Below, piece by piece: positions 63,111-64,000 of a stretch of DNA of 64,000 nt (within the stretch, counting starts at the first letter, position 1; every line of letters begins with the position of its first letter). The DNA is from Patescibacteria group bacterium. GTDB taxonomy: Bacteria; Patescibacteriota; Patescibacteriia; Magasanikbacterales; GWA2-37-8. The position numbers were made by a program, and so were the translations under genes. Under the pieces are notes generated by a model. It was not told where the DNA came from. It ran no database searches and worked only from the letters and a program-made list of their open reading frames with translations. The stretch spans positions 137,269 to 201,268 of the forward strand of contig JBAZKA010000002.1 of the NCBI GenBank assembly GCA_041651015.1, read 5' to 3'.

Positions 63111-63989
63111 ACGAATATGAGGCATGTGAGGCAACGGAGGAATCAGATTTTTTAGCCAGCTCTTTTTTTCCACGTTCAAATATTGTCGTATGTGTTCGCG
63201 AGCGGCGTGTGTCTTTACAAATTTTAGCCAGTCCCGGCTCGGGCCTTTGCGGTTTTTGTCAGTAATGACTTCCACCACGTCACCGCTTTTGAGCGGTGTG
63301 TCCAACGAAACCATTTGGTCATTCACCAGAACGCCGTTGCATTTATTGCCAATGTTGGAGTGAATGTTGTAAGCAAAATCAACCGCCGTGGCATTTTCCG
63401 GCAGGTCAATGACATCGCCCTTGGGCGTGAAGACGAAAATCCGGTTTTGAAAAAAATCTACTTTCAGAACATCCAAATCCGATAAATTATTCAGCACTTC
63501 TTTTTGAATACGGGCCAATTCCGCGGCCCAGGAAATGTCTTTGGCCGGCGGACGCGTATGTCCGTCCTTGTTTTCATCATAATGCCAATGCGAAGCAATG
63601 CCAAATTCAGCCTCTTCGTGCATCTCCGGCGTGCGAATTTGAAATTCCACCACGCGCCCCTCTTCACAAAAAACCGTGGTATGCAAAGATTTGTATCCGT
63701 TCGGTTTGGGCTGAGAAATATAATCTTTGATTCTTCCTTTGAGCGGCCGCCATAATTTGTGAATCGCGCCCAAGGCGGCGTAGCAATCCCCAATGCTTGG
63801 CACCACCATGCGCACCGCCACCACATCATGAACTTGTTCCGTATCCCAATTTTTTTGTTTTAGCTTTGTAAATAAACTGTATAGGCGTTTTTTTCGGCCA
63901 TGAATATCTAACAGTTTGATGTCATCAAGTTTTAATTCTTTTTTTACATCAGCCATGATGGTTTTTAAATACTCCTCTTCTTCGGCCAC
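63087..63989 (-). CDS. RelA/SpoT-family (p)ppGpp synthetase domain + TGS domain protein
   Basis: Synthetase motifs RLYSLF, YKSLHTTV, EFQIRTPEMHEEAEFGIASHWHY. TGS segment IFVFTPKGDVIDLPENATAVDFAYNIHSNIG. The N-terminus may continue beyond the window. Confidence 0.7.
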   Translation of the reverse strand: MAEEEEYLKTIMADVKKELKLDDIKLLDIHGRKKRLYSLFTKLKQKNWDTEQVHDVVAVRMVVPSIGDCYAALGAIHKLWRPLKGRIKDYISQPKPNGYKSLHTTVFCEEGRVVEFQIRTPEMHEEAEFGIASHWHYDENKDGHTRPPAKDISWAAELARIQKEVLNNLSDLDVLKVDFFQNRIFVFTPKGDVIDLPENATAVDFAYNIHSNIGNKCNGVLVNDQMVSLDTPLKSGDVVEVITDKNRKGPSRDWLKFVKTHAAREHIRQYLNVEKKSWLKNLIPPLPHMPHIRKKQKPAK

Positions 63990-64000
63990 GATGCTATCAC

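Overview
The window appears to be a low-GC (~40%) host backbone, probably a small-genome Patescibacteria/CPR-like bacterium. Backbone genes are asnS and a metallophosphoesterase on the left, and rnc-nusB-rpmF, tRNA-Leu, parAB and a RelA/SpoT-family gene on the right. Between ~3.05 kb and a tRNA-Arg/tRNA-Lys pair at ~50.7 kb lies a ~47 kb mosaic integrative element of mostly high GC (60-68%). Its mobility and replication genes are: a large serine recombinase whose 3' end runs into tRNA-Arg; a tyrosine integrase with an excisionase and a 23-bp direct repeat at its 3' end; two replication-relaxation family proteins; a CHC2/TOPRIM primase; two VirD4/TraG-like P-loop ATPases; RadC; two SprT-like proteins; DUF736; HU/IHF; and XRE, MarR and LuxR-type regulators. 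It also carries a block of secreted or lipoprotein genes: a ~1110-aa Cys-repeat adhesin-like protein, a beta-propeller lipoprotein, and a duplicated two-gene secreted cassette. These share a recurring GTACA-NN-TGTAC operator-like motif. Three lower-GC cargo islets inside the element carry unusual single-gene candidate defence or signalling architectures. The first is an ImmA/IrrE protease gene abutting a class-III-cyclase-like::NUDIX fusion. The second is a Hanks-type Ser/Thr kinase::dGTPase/SAMHD1-like HD fusion (978 aa). The third is a second cyclase-like domain fused to two cold-shock domains. Both cyclase-like domains share the same non-canonical Asp in the G-x-V-N-x-A-A-R-L motif, and no cNMP-binding effector is visible. 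No CRISPR array or rRNA was found. High GC produces many spurious overlapping ORFs, which are not reported. All domain calls are from motif recognition by eye and need HMM or structure confirmation. Domain duplicates suggest at least two merged elements, and an assembly chimera cannot be excluded from sequence alone.
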